From: Octopus vulgaris
Lineage: Eukaryota
DNA: 64,000 bases
NCBI GenBank assembly: GCA_951406725.2
Contig: OX597825.1
Location: 46,624,001 to 46,688,000, forward strand
Direction of reading: 5' to 3'
Below the pieces are notes generated by a model that searched no databases, was not told where the DNA came from, and saw nothing but the letters and a program-made list of their open reading frames with translations. Made by a program: the position numbers and the translations under genes. Position 1 is the first letter of the stretch. Every line of letters begins with the position of its first letter. Shown one piece after another: positions 13,471 through 26,220 of the stretch.

Positions 13471-14597
13471 ATACACACACGCACCTTTGTGTTGGGAGCT
13501 CCTTTCTATTGGAGGTCATCTTGACCTTGTAATCTCTCCTACTTTCCCCCTCCCGTCTGACCATTTTGTCCGAGTCAGACACCATGATAGATCGTTAGCC
13601 ACTACACACATTTTTTTTCTCTCCTTGTTTTTTCTGTGTACCTTTCTGTAGAACAGCATAGGCTCGAAACGTAAAAGACTTTTTCTATTCCTGAGTGCTA
13701 TACTAATACATCTGTTTGTTTTGTACACCACCTGTCTTCGTCTTTTGTTTATTTTCGTAAACTTTCCCTTTATATGTTTGTGTGTCTGTGTTTGTCCCCC
13801 CCCCCCCACATCGCTTGACAACCAATGCTGGTGTGTTTACATCCCTGTAACTTAGCGGTTCGGCAAAAGAGACTGATAGAATAAGTACTAGGCTTACAAA
13901 GAATAAGTCCTGGGGTTGATTTGCTCGACTAAAGGCGATGCTCCACAATGGCCACAATCAAATAACTGAAACAAATAAAAGAATAATGTGTATGTCAAAG
14001 TTGACTTCGGCAATATTTGAACTCAAAAACAAAAAGACAGACGAAATACAGTTAAGCATTTCACCTGGCATGTTAACATTTCTGCCAGATCACCACCTTA
14101 GAAAGTAAGCATTGATTTTAGAAATATATTCTTTATTCTTATAGCGGAAGCGTTACTCCCTTACTCTCTTACTTACTGACATGAAATTTGGTAACATTTT
14201 ACCTCATAACTCTTTTTCTACTAAATTTTGTTCAATGCGACTACTGAATTCCTCATGCATTTTTCTATCATTTAAGCATAAGAAAGGTATACTTTTAATT
14301 TACAATTAAAAAGTTTATGTTAATTGAAGGTGAATAGGTACCTTACTGCCCCACTTGAGGTCGCAGATATTTTGATGTAACTTTTTTTCTGCTGAACCAA
14401 ATCTCAAACTATTTATCGTAAAGTGTAGCTGACAAAGTGTTCTCTTTAAAACTGTCAACAGTTTGCAATTTAGTTGACAACTAAATTAGTGGTGAAGCCT
14501 GGAAACTGCTGCAATTGATGAAATGGTGGACTACCATAGTTGAATGATATATATAATCTGTGCATTAAAGGGAATGTTATTTCAATACAGTATGTGT

Positions 14598-14645
<48 letters not shown>

Positions 14646-16800
14646 CATCATCATCATTGTTTAATGTTCGTTTTCCGTGCTAGCACGGGTTGGATGGTTC
14701 GACCAGGGTCTGGGAAGCCAGGAGGCTGCATCAGGCTCCAGTCTGATCTGGCATTGTTTCTACAGCTGGATGCCCTTCCTAACGCCAACCACTCCGTGAG
14801 TGTAGTCAATACATATACATATATATATTTATATGTGTGTGTGTGTGTGTATATACTATATACTATATACATCGTTGCTATTATGCAAAAGTGTCGTAAG
14901 TCCAAAATTGCTTTTCCAGAAAATGAAAAAATAGTTTCACCATTCCATAGTAAAACCATTGTACCACACTGACAATTTTTGATATCTTGGCATCTGAAGC
15001 AGCAGGAGATACAATAGTTTGACTAAAAAAACTGACTATTGCAAGCAAAAATATTGTAAAAAAAATGCATTTGGCCAAATTTGTTTTGTACATATGACAG
15101 TTTAACATAATAGCAACAATATATATATAAATGAATTTATATCATCATCATTATCATCACCATCATCGTTTAACATTCTCCTTCCATGCTGGCATATATA
15201 TTTAATGAAGAAATTTGATATTCCACAATCTGTTTATGGTTAGTGGCAGGCTATTGGAATTTTCTACTATACTTTTGGAAACTATATTAGATCAATAGCA
15301 TGCTTTTGGCATTCACTGCTATATTTTTGAAAGCTGTGTAAAGGGGAAATATTTGCAAATATACAAACCAAAGATCAGCTATGGTATTGCGATTTAGCTT
15401 AAAGCCTGAACTATTAACATTTATCTAATTAATTATCAGGAGTTCATGTAAGTACAAAACAGTTAACAGAAATAGAACTAGTAATTAAGGGTCATAAATA
15501 GATAAATTATAAGACTTAATAAACAGTAAGACTACATGTATCCTAAATTGTCGGACTAAGTAACATTGGTACGGTTGCAATAGGAAGGTTAAGATATGAG
15601 TCTCAAATAGGGTGACGGGGTAAATTACACAATTGCTAAGTGAAGAAGATAAACCCATAACAAAATCAAACAAAGCGAAAATAAAACAAAAGTAATGAAA
15701 AGAATAAATATTAGATAAAAATGAAAGTGAAATGGGAAAAGTAGGGGAATGGATATATGAAAAAGAAAAGGGATATTTGTTTATCATCAAATAAATAGTG
15801 AGAAGAGAGAAGCAAAAGGAGTCTTCTATAATTCAAGCAATTAAGAAAATTGACAATTACCACTTAATTTTAATATGCATTATCTCTAAACTGCTGGACT
15901 AGGAAGGTGTGAAGGTGTTATCATATCTACTTGTTCATATGCTTAATTATGAAGGGAATGATCTGAAGATTTTGTTGTAAAAATGTTTACATCAAACTGC
16001 TAATTACTGTCTCTTATTTAGGATTTTATACTTTGATGTAAGTATTAACGACACTTCTAGGAAAGTTCACATTTAGTTTTCCCTCTGTCATAAGGAGGTG
16101 CACTGCTCGGTATTGACCTCTTAATATTATACTTTATTTTGTTATCTTTGAGCTCCCAAATTAGCTTGCTTAATGATGAAATGTGGTCACAATATCAAAA
16201 TTTGAAGATGGCTGCTCAATAGCTATGTAATGGTAAACTGTTTTATCCATAACAACAGAGCATCTATAAACCATGTTTACTTAAGGCATTGTTCATCTAA
16301 TGGATGTTTATTAGGGTCACCACAATTAGCACTATTATTATTATGCTGCTGGTATTGGTATTATTTTTCTTATTGTTTTTTTACTACTCATCCTAAAATT
16401 ATGCCTGTTGCTGTTATGCTTACTGTTATGCGTATCCTCATCACTATTATTATGAATTCCATCTGTACTTTTGTTACTACTGACATTGCTGCTGTCCTTA
16501 TACCTATTATTGTTCTCTTTATTATTGTCTTTATCACCATATTGTTTTTTATGAGTTCTGTTATGGTTTTTGTTATTAGTAATGTTTCCAGTATAGATTA
16601 CATGTTTAGTATCAGTGTTACTAATATTATTATTTTTTTGAATAGTGCTTTGAATAATAAGTATCACTGCTACTGATATTCTTATCATCATTGCTGTTGT
16701 TATTGTATATTTACAAATACTTTTCCCTCACATAGCTTCCAAAAATATAGCAGTAAACACCAAAGCCTTCCATTGACCTAACATGGTTTCTGAAAATATA

Positions 16801-17345
16801 TTGGGTCATCCCATAAATATGCGGTTTTTTCAATTGCATGAACTAAAAGTCAGAGGGGAATGAGATAAACTAACTGGATCAATTTACTATAAAAGCAGGT
16901 AGTAATTTTACCTTGTGCTTATTCTTAGTTCAAGGTTTGAAGAATGCTGTTCGATTTTAACAGTTATTTTTCAAAGCTATAATGGAAGTGACAAAGGTGC
17001 ATGTTCTGCATATTTTGCTTTATGAGTTCAATAAAGGCAAAATCAATGGAAAGTGCAAGGAATATAAATGCAGTATATGGGGATCGAACAATAAGCGTAA
17101 GCCAGTGTCAACAGTGGTTCCAGAAATTCTGAGCTGGAAACCACAGCCTAGAAGATGAGCCTCATCCTGGAAGATTTATAGAGCTTGATGAGGATGTGCT
17201 GTAAACTGTGGTGGAACAAAATCCCATTGTAACTGTTGAGGAACTAGTAGAGAAGCTTGGATTTGGTCGTTCAACCATTCATTGACACCTGCATGCCAGT
17301 GGAAAAGTTTAAAAATTGGATCAATAGGTTCTTCATAAACTTTCT
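16801..17345 (+). mobile_element. Truncated mariner (5' half)
   Basis: TA|ttgggtcatccc TIR-like start; MEVTKVHVLHILLYEFNKG...WFQKF*AGNHSLEDEPHPGR HTH remnant. Confidence 0.75.
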
Positions 17346-18480
17346 GATAATGTAAATTATAGATAATGTAAATTATATCTAGATACTATAAGCTGCCTAT
17401 ATGGAACCCAGTGTCCAGCAATACTTAAAATTATCTGATTTTATAATTCCATGGTAGCTTTAAAAATTATTAAAACCTACATTTTATAACTACATGATCA
17501 TCAGTTGTTGCTACCACCCTATCATTGTAGAATATCTCTTTCTATGTATTATGAAAATAAGAAACATACCTTTCAATATTTGCCTACAAATTCTTTATTC
17601 TTTTAGTAATCATAGTATAATTTAAATGATTAAGTAGTAGTGATAAATGGATTATATTTTGTGCTGGAGACATAGTTTGTTGCTGTTGCAAGCTCAACTC
17701 TCAATCCTTGCTACTATATGTACAATCACTTCAAATACTACCCTAAGAACTTGTCTACAAATTTTTGAATACTGCTACAATACCATCCCGTCATTCCCAT
17801 CTGATCCTACAGGTAAATAGGAAGAAATGGAATACCTTCTGCATTACAATAAACTATGGCATGTAAAAGTGTACAGTATGGTTTCTTTTGTTACAAGCAT
17901 GTATATGTAGAGCATTAGATTTGGTGATTGCATTAAGTCATCTGACCAATTCAATATATGCCATAGATGTAGTTATACAACACAACTGCAAAAAATTTAA
18001 CTTTTGGCCAAAGGAAATGATTCTTTATTGAAATTAATCTTTTATCATTGTCATAATACTCTGTGAATTTTCCTCTCCTTTCTATATCACTCCATCTTAT
18101 TCTGGGTTTCTTTTTGAATATATCTATAGGAATACTGACCCATGACACATTTTGATCAGAAAAACACTTGAACACAGTACTGTAATCTGAAATAACTGGC
18201 AATTAAATATAGTGTAACCAATATTTACATTTCCAGACTGTATACTTTGTACTGTACCTTCTTTTACAGTTAGATAATTCAAGCAACTGGATGCTGAATG
18301 TATTTGCCATGCAGCATTGGTAACCTGATATTAACTAGCAACTCTTTCACAGCTAAAGTGACATCCAAATAACTTGACCAGTTGATATTCTCACAGGAAC
18401 TATAATACCTAGCAGACCAATTATCTTATTAAAAATATTAAAACAAAAGTGTGAAATATTTTTTTCTCTTTCTGTTTTAG

Positions 18481-18548
18481 AGCAATGCAGTTTGGAGCTT
18501 TAGGATCTGTGGTTGGCCATGCTTATATACATTCACTGGATCTTCAAG
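18481..18548 (+). CDS. M13 gene exon carrying the zinc-binding helix (HExxH position reads HAYIH)
   Basis: polypyrimidine tract ttttag|A...G|gtattt; 68 nt; AMQFGALGSVVGHAYIHSLDLQG vs neprilysin [23 protein letters not shown]. Confidence 0.92.
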
Positions 18549-18959
18549 GTATTTTATAATTTAAAACTCTCTATATATCCCATTAATATTTATGTACTAT
18601 ATCTATCAGTGTTGGCAATCATGAACCTTCACCCATCTTGTCTCATGCACAACTTGGCAACTTTTTTGCATTATCTTTCTAGAAAGCTGGTAAAACCATG
18701 TTTTCCTTCCATCTTCCTTGGCTTCTTCTTCCTTTAAGTTTCTAGTTCTCCTTGAGTGCTTTTAGGTTTTGTCTTCTCATATAATGTCCATTGAACATAG
18801 CCTGTTGCCTCATTTTTATGTTATTAAAAAGTTTTCTGATGATTTCTTTTTGTCTAAAACCTATGTTTCTTACTCTGTTTTATCTTATTGTTCATTTTAT
18901 TTTAGCACATATTTCATGTGCATTTTTGTCAAGTGTAATTACAGTTCACAATCACTAAT

Positions 18960-20375
18960 CTGGTAATCTGTCATCCAATTCAATCAGCAATCTGGCACTA
19001 ATTTCAGCTAGAAAAATTTCAAATAATTTCAAGTTTCCCAGGTTACCACACCAACTGGCTGGTATGATTTTTGGTGCTACTTACTGCATAAGCACACTCG
19101 CATCATTTGTAAACAAAGGCAGGCCTTTCCAATTTGTTTTTTTTCCATTTATTATTATACCCTTTTCACCTTTAGACCCAGCCATGGTCCCTATGCATAA
19201 AGGAGGTGCTTCATGTGGGGTAAAGTGTAAACACTGTACTTTGTCCTTAAAAGAAAAAGTTGAGCAGATGAAAAAATTTGACAGCAGTGTGTCTGTGAAG
19301 ATTGTGTGAATTATACAACATAGGATCTTTGGCAGTTTACAACATAAAAAACTCCAGAAAGCTCAGTTATTCCATTCCTTTGCTAACAGTGAATCAAAGA
19401 AACAAATGTGTAAAAGGAAAACAATGATAGCTGGCAAAAGTGTAGAACTTGATCACACATTGATGAAGTGGTTTAAATTGTGTGAAAATGAAGATGTTGA
19501 GCTGTCAGGTGATCTTGTAAAGGAACAAGCAAAAAACATTCCATGAGGAACATGGACTGGAATAAGAGTGTGATTACAGTGAAGGTGGCTACAGTGTTTC
19601 AAGGATAGATATGGGTTAATGTTTTGTGCTGTGTGTGATGAAAAGCGATCAGCTGAAAATGCTGACCACGAAATTGTGCAGATGATTGTAAGTCCTTAAC
19701 AGCAAGACAGTGAAGGAGAAAGCAGTGATAAAAATGAGGAAGATGTAAGAGAAAAAGTTTCTATTCATCAGTTTATTCAGCCAACAGGTGAACTGCTAAA
19801 AGGTCTAGAGGAAGAAATAATGAACTGTTATATGCTGCAGGATAAGCTAATTAAAGAAAGGCCAAGATATACAAAACAGCTTAGCTTGCAAGTTATGTTA
19901 AAAAAAAGTAACTAGAAAGTATACAACAGAGGTGTCATCACTTGAAAATCTAGTGCATTCAACATCATCTTGCCCAGATGTGCTACCGCCATCACAGTCA
20001 GTTCCTGATATTTCACTTACCTTACAAGATGATGAAGATGGGAGTCCTGACAGCCCTTCACCTCAAGGTGATAATTCTGATATCCCCTCACCTCAGTGAT
20101 GATCTTTGTATATGTCAACAGAATTAGTGTACCAGTCCAGTACTTTACCACTCATTTTACCAGGGTTTTATTAAAATTTCATTTGATTTCATTAAAATTT
20201 CACTAAAAGTTCATTTGATGTTTCTCTTTTCCTTATTAACCAACTTGTACTGACTTACAGGGTATTTTACCTAACATAACCTAACCAATCATACTTAATC
20301 AATTGATAATCTAGCAAAATCACTAATCTGGCATTCTCCTGGTCATAATGATGCCGGATAAATGATTGTGTAGTG
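18960..20375 (+). mobile_element. Tigger/pogo-like DNA transposon relic (CENP-B-type HTH, internally deleted)
   Basis: LSLKEKVEQMKKFD..., ELDHTLMKWF, LSGDLVKEQAK, SEGWLQCFKDRYG across frameshifts; boundaries approximate. Confidence 0.7.
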
Positions 20376-20740
20376 TACCTACAAATATATGAGACACCGC
20401 TTTGTAAAATGCCCTCAGTTGATTAATATGTATGTTACCATCCTACTCTTTCTTGACTGGAAGGTGAACATAGATTTTAAGTCAGATACATTGGTTTCTT
20501 GAAGAATTCTAGATTCCAGAAAAACATTAACTCAATGATAATAAATCTCTGAACGAGGTATAGACAGTAACTGCACGACAATGTGAAGTATATTTGCCAT
20601 CTAAATATGGCTAACCACTAAGGGTAGATGTTCCTGTAGCTTGTAGCCCCAGGAGAAATCTTCTCCAGCTGGCTGTTGACACACTTTCTGTGCCCTATCG
20701 GTATTTGCAAAGGGAGGTCATCCCTCCCTCGTCAACCTAA

Positions 20741-20799
20741 GTGATATGCACAGACTGCAGTTTCTGGGTATTGACCCGTCATCAGCGCACGGCAATCAC
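20741..20799 (-). ncRNA. Type I hammerhead ribozyme with complete core
   Basis: - strand GTGATTGCCGTGCG-CTGATGA-C-GGGT CAAT ACCC-A-GAAA-CTGCAG-TC^TGTGCATATCAC; palindromic stem III; bulged stem I; predicted cut between 20753 and 20752. Confidence 0.8.
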
Positions 20800-20800
20800 C

Positions 20801-22387
20801 TTTCTCTTTATTATAGGCATGTAGACTGAATATAAAAAAAGGACATTACAATTTACATACAAAACAATACAAAATTTGGGGTACATAAAACAAATAATGA
20901 ATATGAAATGAGTTATGTGTAATGGGAAATGGAATGGCTTACGAGTCCCTCAAGCTCGCAGTTTCATTTATACATTTTGCAACTGTTCCACTTATCCATC
21001 AGATATATATTCGATGACATCCTCCATCCCAATCAAGTTGGGCAGGCTATCATAGCGAACGTCTATTTTACTTACTTTAATCTTTTCTTTAAATGTCTCT
21101 ACCAATTTGTCTATTTTTTCTTTTTCTATTAACACCGCTCTAGCGCTTGGATCGAACATGCCGTTTTCTAATTTCACTCGTATCAGTCCTTTTGTTTTTG
21201 TTAATCTTTTTTCAATCTCCATATTTTTTTCATAAAAAATTAAGCTTCTTATGTTTTCTCCCGTAGGTCGTCCTGTTTGTTTTACATGATTTACTCTCTA
21301 AATCACCTCCCTCCTCCATTCTCCGCATTTCTCTTTTCTGGCTTTACCCTCTTCACTCATTGTCACTGTCTTCAGTTCCTGGGTTCGAATCTCTGTACTT
21401 TTTCTAATTGCTGTTGTCTTTCTTCCTTCATTTTCTTCCACCCTTGTTCTCTTTCTTTCCGCCGTTTTTTCTTCAACTTTTTCTTCTTCCTCTTTTTCTT
21501 CTTTCTCTGCTCTCGCTGCGTCACTGCACATTTTCCCCTCTTTTGCCTGCGCTTCTCTTAGGGGACACCTTGCTTGCATATGTCCCATTCTTTTACAGTT
21601 ATAACATATTGGTGGTCTCCCCTCCACCACCACTCTCAGTCGAGTTTCGTCAGGGAGCACTAACTCTTCTGCAATGTTGTACAAATCTGGCAGGGTTATA
21701 TGTATCAATGCTTCCACACCATAACTCCACCAGTTGACGTCTCTCGATCTTTCAACCTTTAGGATGTCCACATCCTCCCTACAATTACAAATTATAGCTG
21801 CTACAAGTCTCTCTACCTCTAATTCCGGCGGCACCTTTCCTATTTTCACCTTGGTTGCTCGTTTTTCACAATAGGACGAGAGAAGCATCCACCTAGCTGT
21901 TCTTAGTATCATGGTAGCATGTTTCTTGGCCTCCTCCTCACTTTCAAACTGCACCTCCACGGTGGCGAACTTCCTTCCTCTTGCGTAGGAGGTCGTGCTG
22001 TCTTTAATTTCCGTAAGACATTCCTCAATGTCGTCTGTTTCTGCCACTTCTATTTTCTTGTTGGTCACACTCCACATTCTATATACAATAATCTTTTTCC
22101 TCGCTTTTTCTGCATCTTCCTCCGGCGGTGTGATCCGTAAGCAATCACCCTCCTTCTTGAAATTTTCGAAATATTTCTTCAAACCTTCCTTCTCAATTAA
22201 TACTTCTTTCAGCTGTAACATGTCAGCTGACAGGCTTTTGCCTGCTGCCTGGGCGTAACTTATTGTTTGCATACCCACAAAGGGTAGCTACAAAATAATT
22301 TTCAAAATTCAAACAATTTCTAATAACAATTTCTACAACTCACAATATCATAAACTCCAACTCCGCAAAAAGCAATACTTCAACGAC
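20801..22387 (-). mobile_element. ORF1-only non-LTR retroelement, unit 1
   Basis: TSD gcgcacggcaatcacc (20785-20800) / gcgcatgacaatcacc (22388-22403); AATAAA 6 nt from 3' end; no RT or endonuclease. Confidence 0.8.
20992..22272 (-). CDS. Gag-like/LINE ORF1p-like protein (RRM-like region, CCHC zinc knuckle, charged linker, unknown C-terminal domain); one in-frame TAG at 21298-21300
   Basis: MQTISYAQAAGK...GRPPICYNCKRMGHMQARCP (CX2CX4HX4C); ORF 20992-21222 is in the same frame beyond a single TAG. Confidence 0.8.
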
Positions 22388-22403
22388 GCGCATGACAATC
22401 ACC

Positions 22404-24038
22404 TTTCTCTTTATTATAGGCACAATGGCCTGAATGCAGAGGGGACATAACAATACAATACAGGACATGGGGTACATATATTAAAAATACAAAAAGGATG
22501 ATATGAAATGAAATGAAATATTAACAATGAATTAAATGAAATGACTTACGAGACCCCCAAAGCTCGCAGTTTCATTTACAATGAAATGATTACAGTTATA
22601 CTATCTGGGGTGTTCGGCCGTAATGTAAACGAGTAATTCATCTTGCTCTATAACTCCGGGCAAACTGTCATATCGAACATAATGCACCATGGCCACAGCT
22701 GTATCTGAAAACAAATTTCTTAATTTATTTACCGTCTCTTTTTCCACTATTGCAGCCTTCATTTGGTTATCGTATATTCTCGGGTTCAATTTTACTCTCG
22801 TTAGATTTTTCGTTATTGCCAATTTTTTCTCAATTTCTTTATCTTTTGTGTACAATATTACAGCTCTGAGATTCTTTCCTTTAGGTCTTCCTCCTTCCTT
22901 GCATACTTTCAGACATTTTTCCACTTTTGCTGACTATTTTTCCCATTCCTCCCACCTTGAACCTCCACTCAATTTAGTTGCTGCATCTCTCCCTTCGTGT
23001 GTTCGATCCTCTGTCTCGTCAGCATACTTCTTTTTCTTTTTTTGGTCTTTGGGTGGTGATTCCACCCGTGTTCGCTTTCTATCCTCTTTTTCTTGTTCTT
23101 TCCCCTTCCTTCTCTTTCACTAACTCGTCGTCACTTTCCATATTATCTCCTAAATCCTCTGTCAAAGCTCTTATTGCTTCCTCCAGTGTTATCTTCTTCA
23201 CTTGTATTTCTCCTTCAGGACACACATCCTTCATGTGCCCTCTTCTCTTACATTTATAACACACCGGAGGTCTCCCCTCCACCACGACTCTCAGTCGTGT
23301 CTCATCGGGGAACACCAACTCCTCCGGGATGTTATACAAATCTGGCATGGTTATGTGGATTAAGGCTTCTACCGCATAACCCCACCAGTTTATTTCATTC
23401 GACTTTTCCACCTTAAGTATGTCCACGTTCTCTTTGCAGTTGTAGATTATTGCAGCTACTATTCTTTCGGTATCAAGTTCCGGTGGAATTTTGCTTATTC
23501 GTATCCTCGCCGCTCTTTTTCCGCAATAACTAGGGAGTAATACCCATTTTTCCGATCTCAACACTGTCGTTGCGTTCCTTTTCGCTTCATCTTCATTTTT
23601 GAAACGAACGTCTACCGTAGCGTATTTTCTACCTCTATTGTAGAAGGTAGTTCTTCCTTTTATTTCTTGTAGACATTTTTCAATCTCTTCCACTTCTGCT
23701 TCTTCTAATCTTTTTGAGACCACATTCCATGTTCTGTATGTTATGGTTTTTTTCTCCTCTTTTTTCACTTCGTCTTCAGGTGGTGTAACCCTCAGACAGT
23801 CTCCTTCCTTCTTGAAGCTGTCGTAGTATTTCCTCAGATTTTCCTTCTCGATAATTATTTCTTTTAACTGTAATTCGTTCGCAGCCAGGCTTTTGCCTGC
23901 TGTTCCCGCATAAGTTTGGGCTTGCATACCCAACAAAGAATTCAACAATTCAACACGACGCAACAGTTTCCAACAACAATAATCGACAAAATTCAACTCA
24001 CAACCGCAAATCCGAAAAACCGACACAAACACCTCCGC
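22404..24038 (-). mobile_element. ORF1-only non-LTR retroelement, unit 2
   Basis: TSD 22388-22403 / gcgcgcgacaatcacc 24039-24054; 3' end tttctctttattataggca shared with unit 1; AATAAA 6 nt from end. Confidence 0.8.
22601..23927 (-). CDS. Gag-like/ORF1p-like protein, paralogue 2 (frameshift near 23100, TAG at 22934-22936)
   Basis: MQAQTYAGTAGK...GRPPVCYKCKRRGHMKDVCP; C-terminal ORF 22601-22924 homologous to that of unit 1 (RVKL...VRYDSLP). Confidence 0.78.
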
Positions 24039-24062
24039 GCGCGCGACAATCACCGGTTTTCG

Positions 24063-25922
24063 CATTTCTTTATTTGGCACTAAGGCCACAACACAGAGGG
24101 GACACTACAAGGACAGACACAACACCACAGTGGGGACAATAAACATAAAACGGATGAAAATGAATATTATATAATAATGACAAATGAAATGGCTGCATGG
24201 GCCCCACTCCACATGCAGTACCATTGGAACGTTTTTACATTCTGTTATTACAGTCTTATTTTATCTGATTTTTCCTCTTTTTTTCTGTTCATTAAATGTC
24301 ATTTTTTCTTCAGAAATACTCTTTCCTTTCTCTTTTTTCTTTTTTTAAAAAACTTTTTTGTTTTCCTTTTAACGCTTCATATACTGCTCCAGCTCTCTCA
24401 GTTCGATTACTGTTGGCAGCTCATTGAACTCCACTACCGTTCTGCCAGGGTCGATTCTATCACCGCACCTGTCTCTAAGTTTTTCATAAACCACCTTATC
24501 GGCGACCAAACCTTTCACTCTCTCAGAGTACGTGTCTCTGGGCATTTTCACCCTTACGATGTTTTTAAACTTCAAAATTTCCTTTTCCACTTCCTTGTTT
24601 AGGTAAAAAAATTCCATTGTTTCTTCCCTCCTCTAGGCTTTCTCCTTTCTTCCTCTCCCAATATAGGTTCCTCTGTACTCTTCTCTGAGGCTGGAACAAT
24701 ATTCTTCTCTATCTCCACTATAAACAGTTTCTCCATCTCACCCTCTTGTAGCTGAGTCTCTGAAACTTCTGCCAAATCACATGTCGTCCTCATCCTTGTT
24801 TCCTTCTTCTCTGGCTCATTGTCACACAACTTCTTAATTATTTTTTCACTTCCCTTCTTCGCCTTACTTTTGTTATCTTTCTTTCTCATTACGTCTTCCT
24901 TTTCCACCTCTTCTTTCTTCTTTTTCTGGTCAGTCAGTGGCGGGCTTGCCCTACCGCTCCTCCTTTTTCTTTCCACTGTCGTGAAACCCTCTTCCGCTGC
25001 TTTTTCACTACTCTCGACCGTCTCTGCCTGTTCGATATTTTCTTGATTTTCTCTCTGTTGTTTCTGTGGGCATCTCGCCTTCATATGTCCCTTTTCGCCA
25101 CATTCAAAACACACCGGCGGTCTGCCCTTCACCTTCGTTCTCAATGAGAAACCGTCAGGCAACACTATCTCCTCGGTTATTCTATTGAGGTCTTCTACTG
25201 TTGCCTGGATTGTTAATTCCAATCCATAGCCCCAGTAGTCCTGCATATATGTTCTGCTGGCCTTTAGTATTCTGGCCCCATCTTTCATGTTATACATAAT
25301 GGCTGTCATTAGCCATTCCTCCTCCAGCTGTGGGAGGGGGAGGGCACTTGACCGACCGGAACTTTCGCTACACGTTTTCCGCAATATGATGGCAAAAGGA
25401 TCCATACTTCCGAACGAATTGCCTCCATCGCATATTTTAATGCTTCCTCCTCCGATCTGAATCGCACATCCACAGTGGCATACCTTCTGCCTCTCGTTCT
25501 GAAGGTTATAAACTTTTTAATGCCTTCCAACACTTTTACAATTTCTTCTACTGCTGCTATTTCTATTTTCTTCATGGCGACCTTCGTGGTCTTGTAGGTC
25601 ACCGTTTTCTTTAGTATGCTGTTCGTCAGCTCTTCGGGTGGCGTTAATTTTATCGTTTCCCCCTCCTTCTTTATCAGCTTCTCGCAAGCTTTTATTTTCC
25701 TGTCGTCGACTAATATTCCATAAGTCTTTAGTGTTCTTTCCTCTGCTCCTCTCCCAGTTGTAGCTGCATAGCTGCGGCCGCCTGCTGGCGACTTCTCCAT
25801 TTTCCTCAATGGGAAAATATAACGACACAAAAATTAAACAATATTAACAATGATAACGACGACCAGCAAAAATGAACAATTAATTACTCACATTAACGCT
25901 CCGACTTCAACAACTCGAAAAA
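24063..25922 (-). mobile_element. ORF1-only non-LTR retroelement, unit 3 (more divergent family)
   Basis: TSD aatcaccggttttcg (24048-24062) / aatcaccagttttcg (25923-25937); AATAAA 6 nt from 3' end. Confidence 0.8.
24369..25800 (-). CDS. Gag-like/ORF1p-like protein, paralogue 3 (frameshifts near 25340 and 24620)
   Basis: MEKSPAGGRSYAA...RGRRYATVDVRF...LLPSYCGKR and GRPPVCFECGEKGHMKARCP; C-terminal ORF 24369-24617 homologous to units 1 and 2. Confidence 0.75.
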
Positions 25923-26220
25923 AATCACCAGTTTTCGGTGGAGGGTCCCAATGCAAATACATATATCCTTTTTCCAGTGGCTTTCGTCACTGATCTTGAA
26001 AAAGTGTATACAAGCAATAATAAATCTCTGAACGAGGTATAGACAATAACTGCACGACAATGTAAAGTATATTTGCCATCTAAATATGGATAACCACTAA
26101 GGGTGGATGTTGCTGTAGCTCGTAGCCCCAGGAGAACATCTTCTCCAGCTGGCTATTGACACACTTTCTGTGACCTATCGGTATTTGCAAAGGGAGGTCA
26201 TCCCTCCCTTGTCAACCTAA

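Noticed and set aside
16230-16691. 148-aa hydrophobic and 116-aa Asn-rich ORFs
   Set aside because: Degenerate trinucleotide low-complexity tract with no motif or splice support.
20785-25937. Junction repeats read as a CRISPR-like array or integron-like cassette array
   Set aside because: The spacers are 1.6-1.9-kb paralogous elements, there is no cas or recombinase gene, and the repeats behave as TSDs with an empty site and two offsets.
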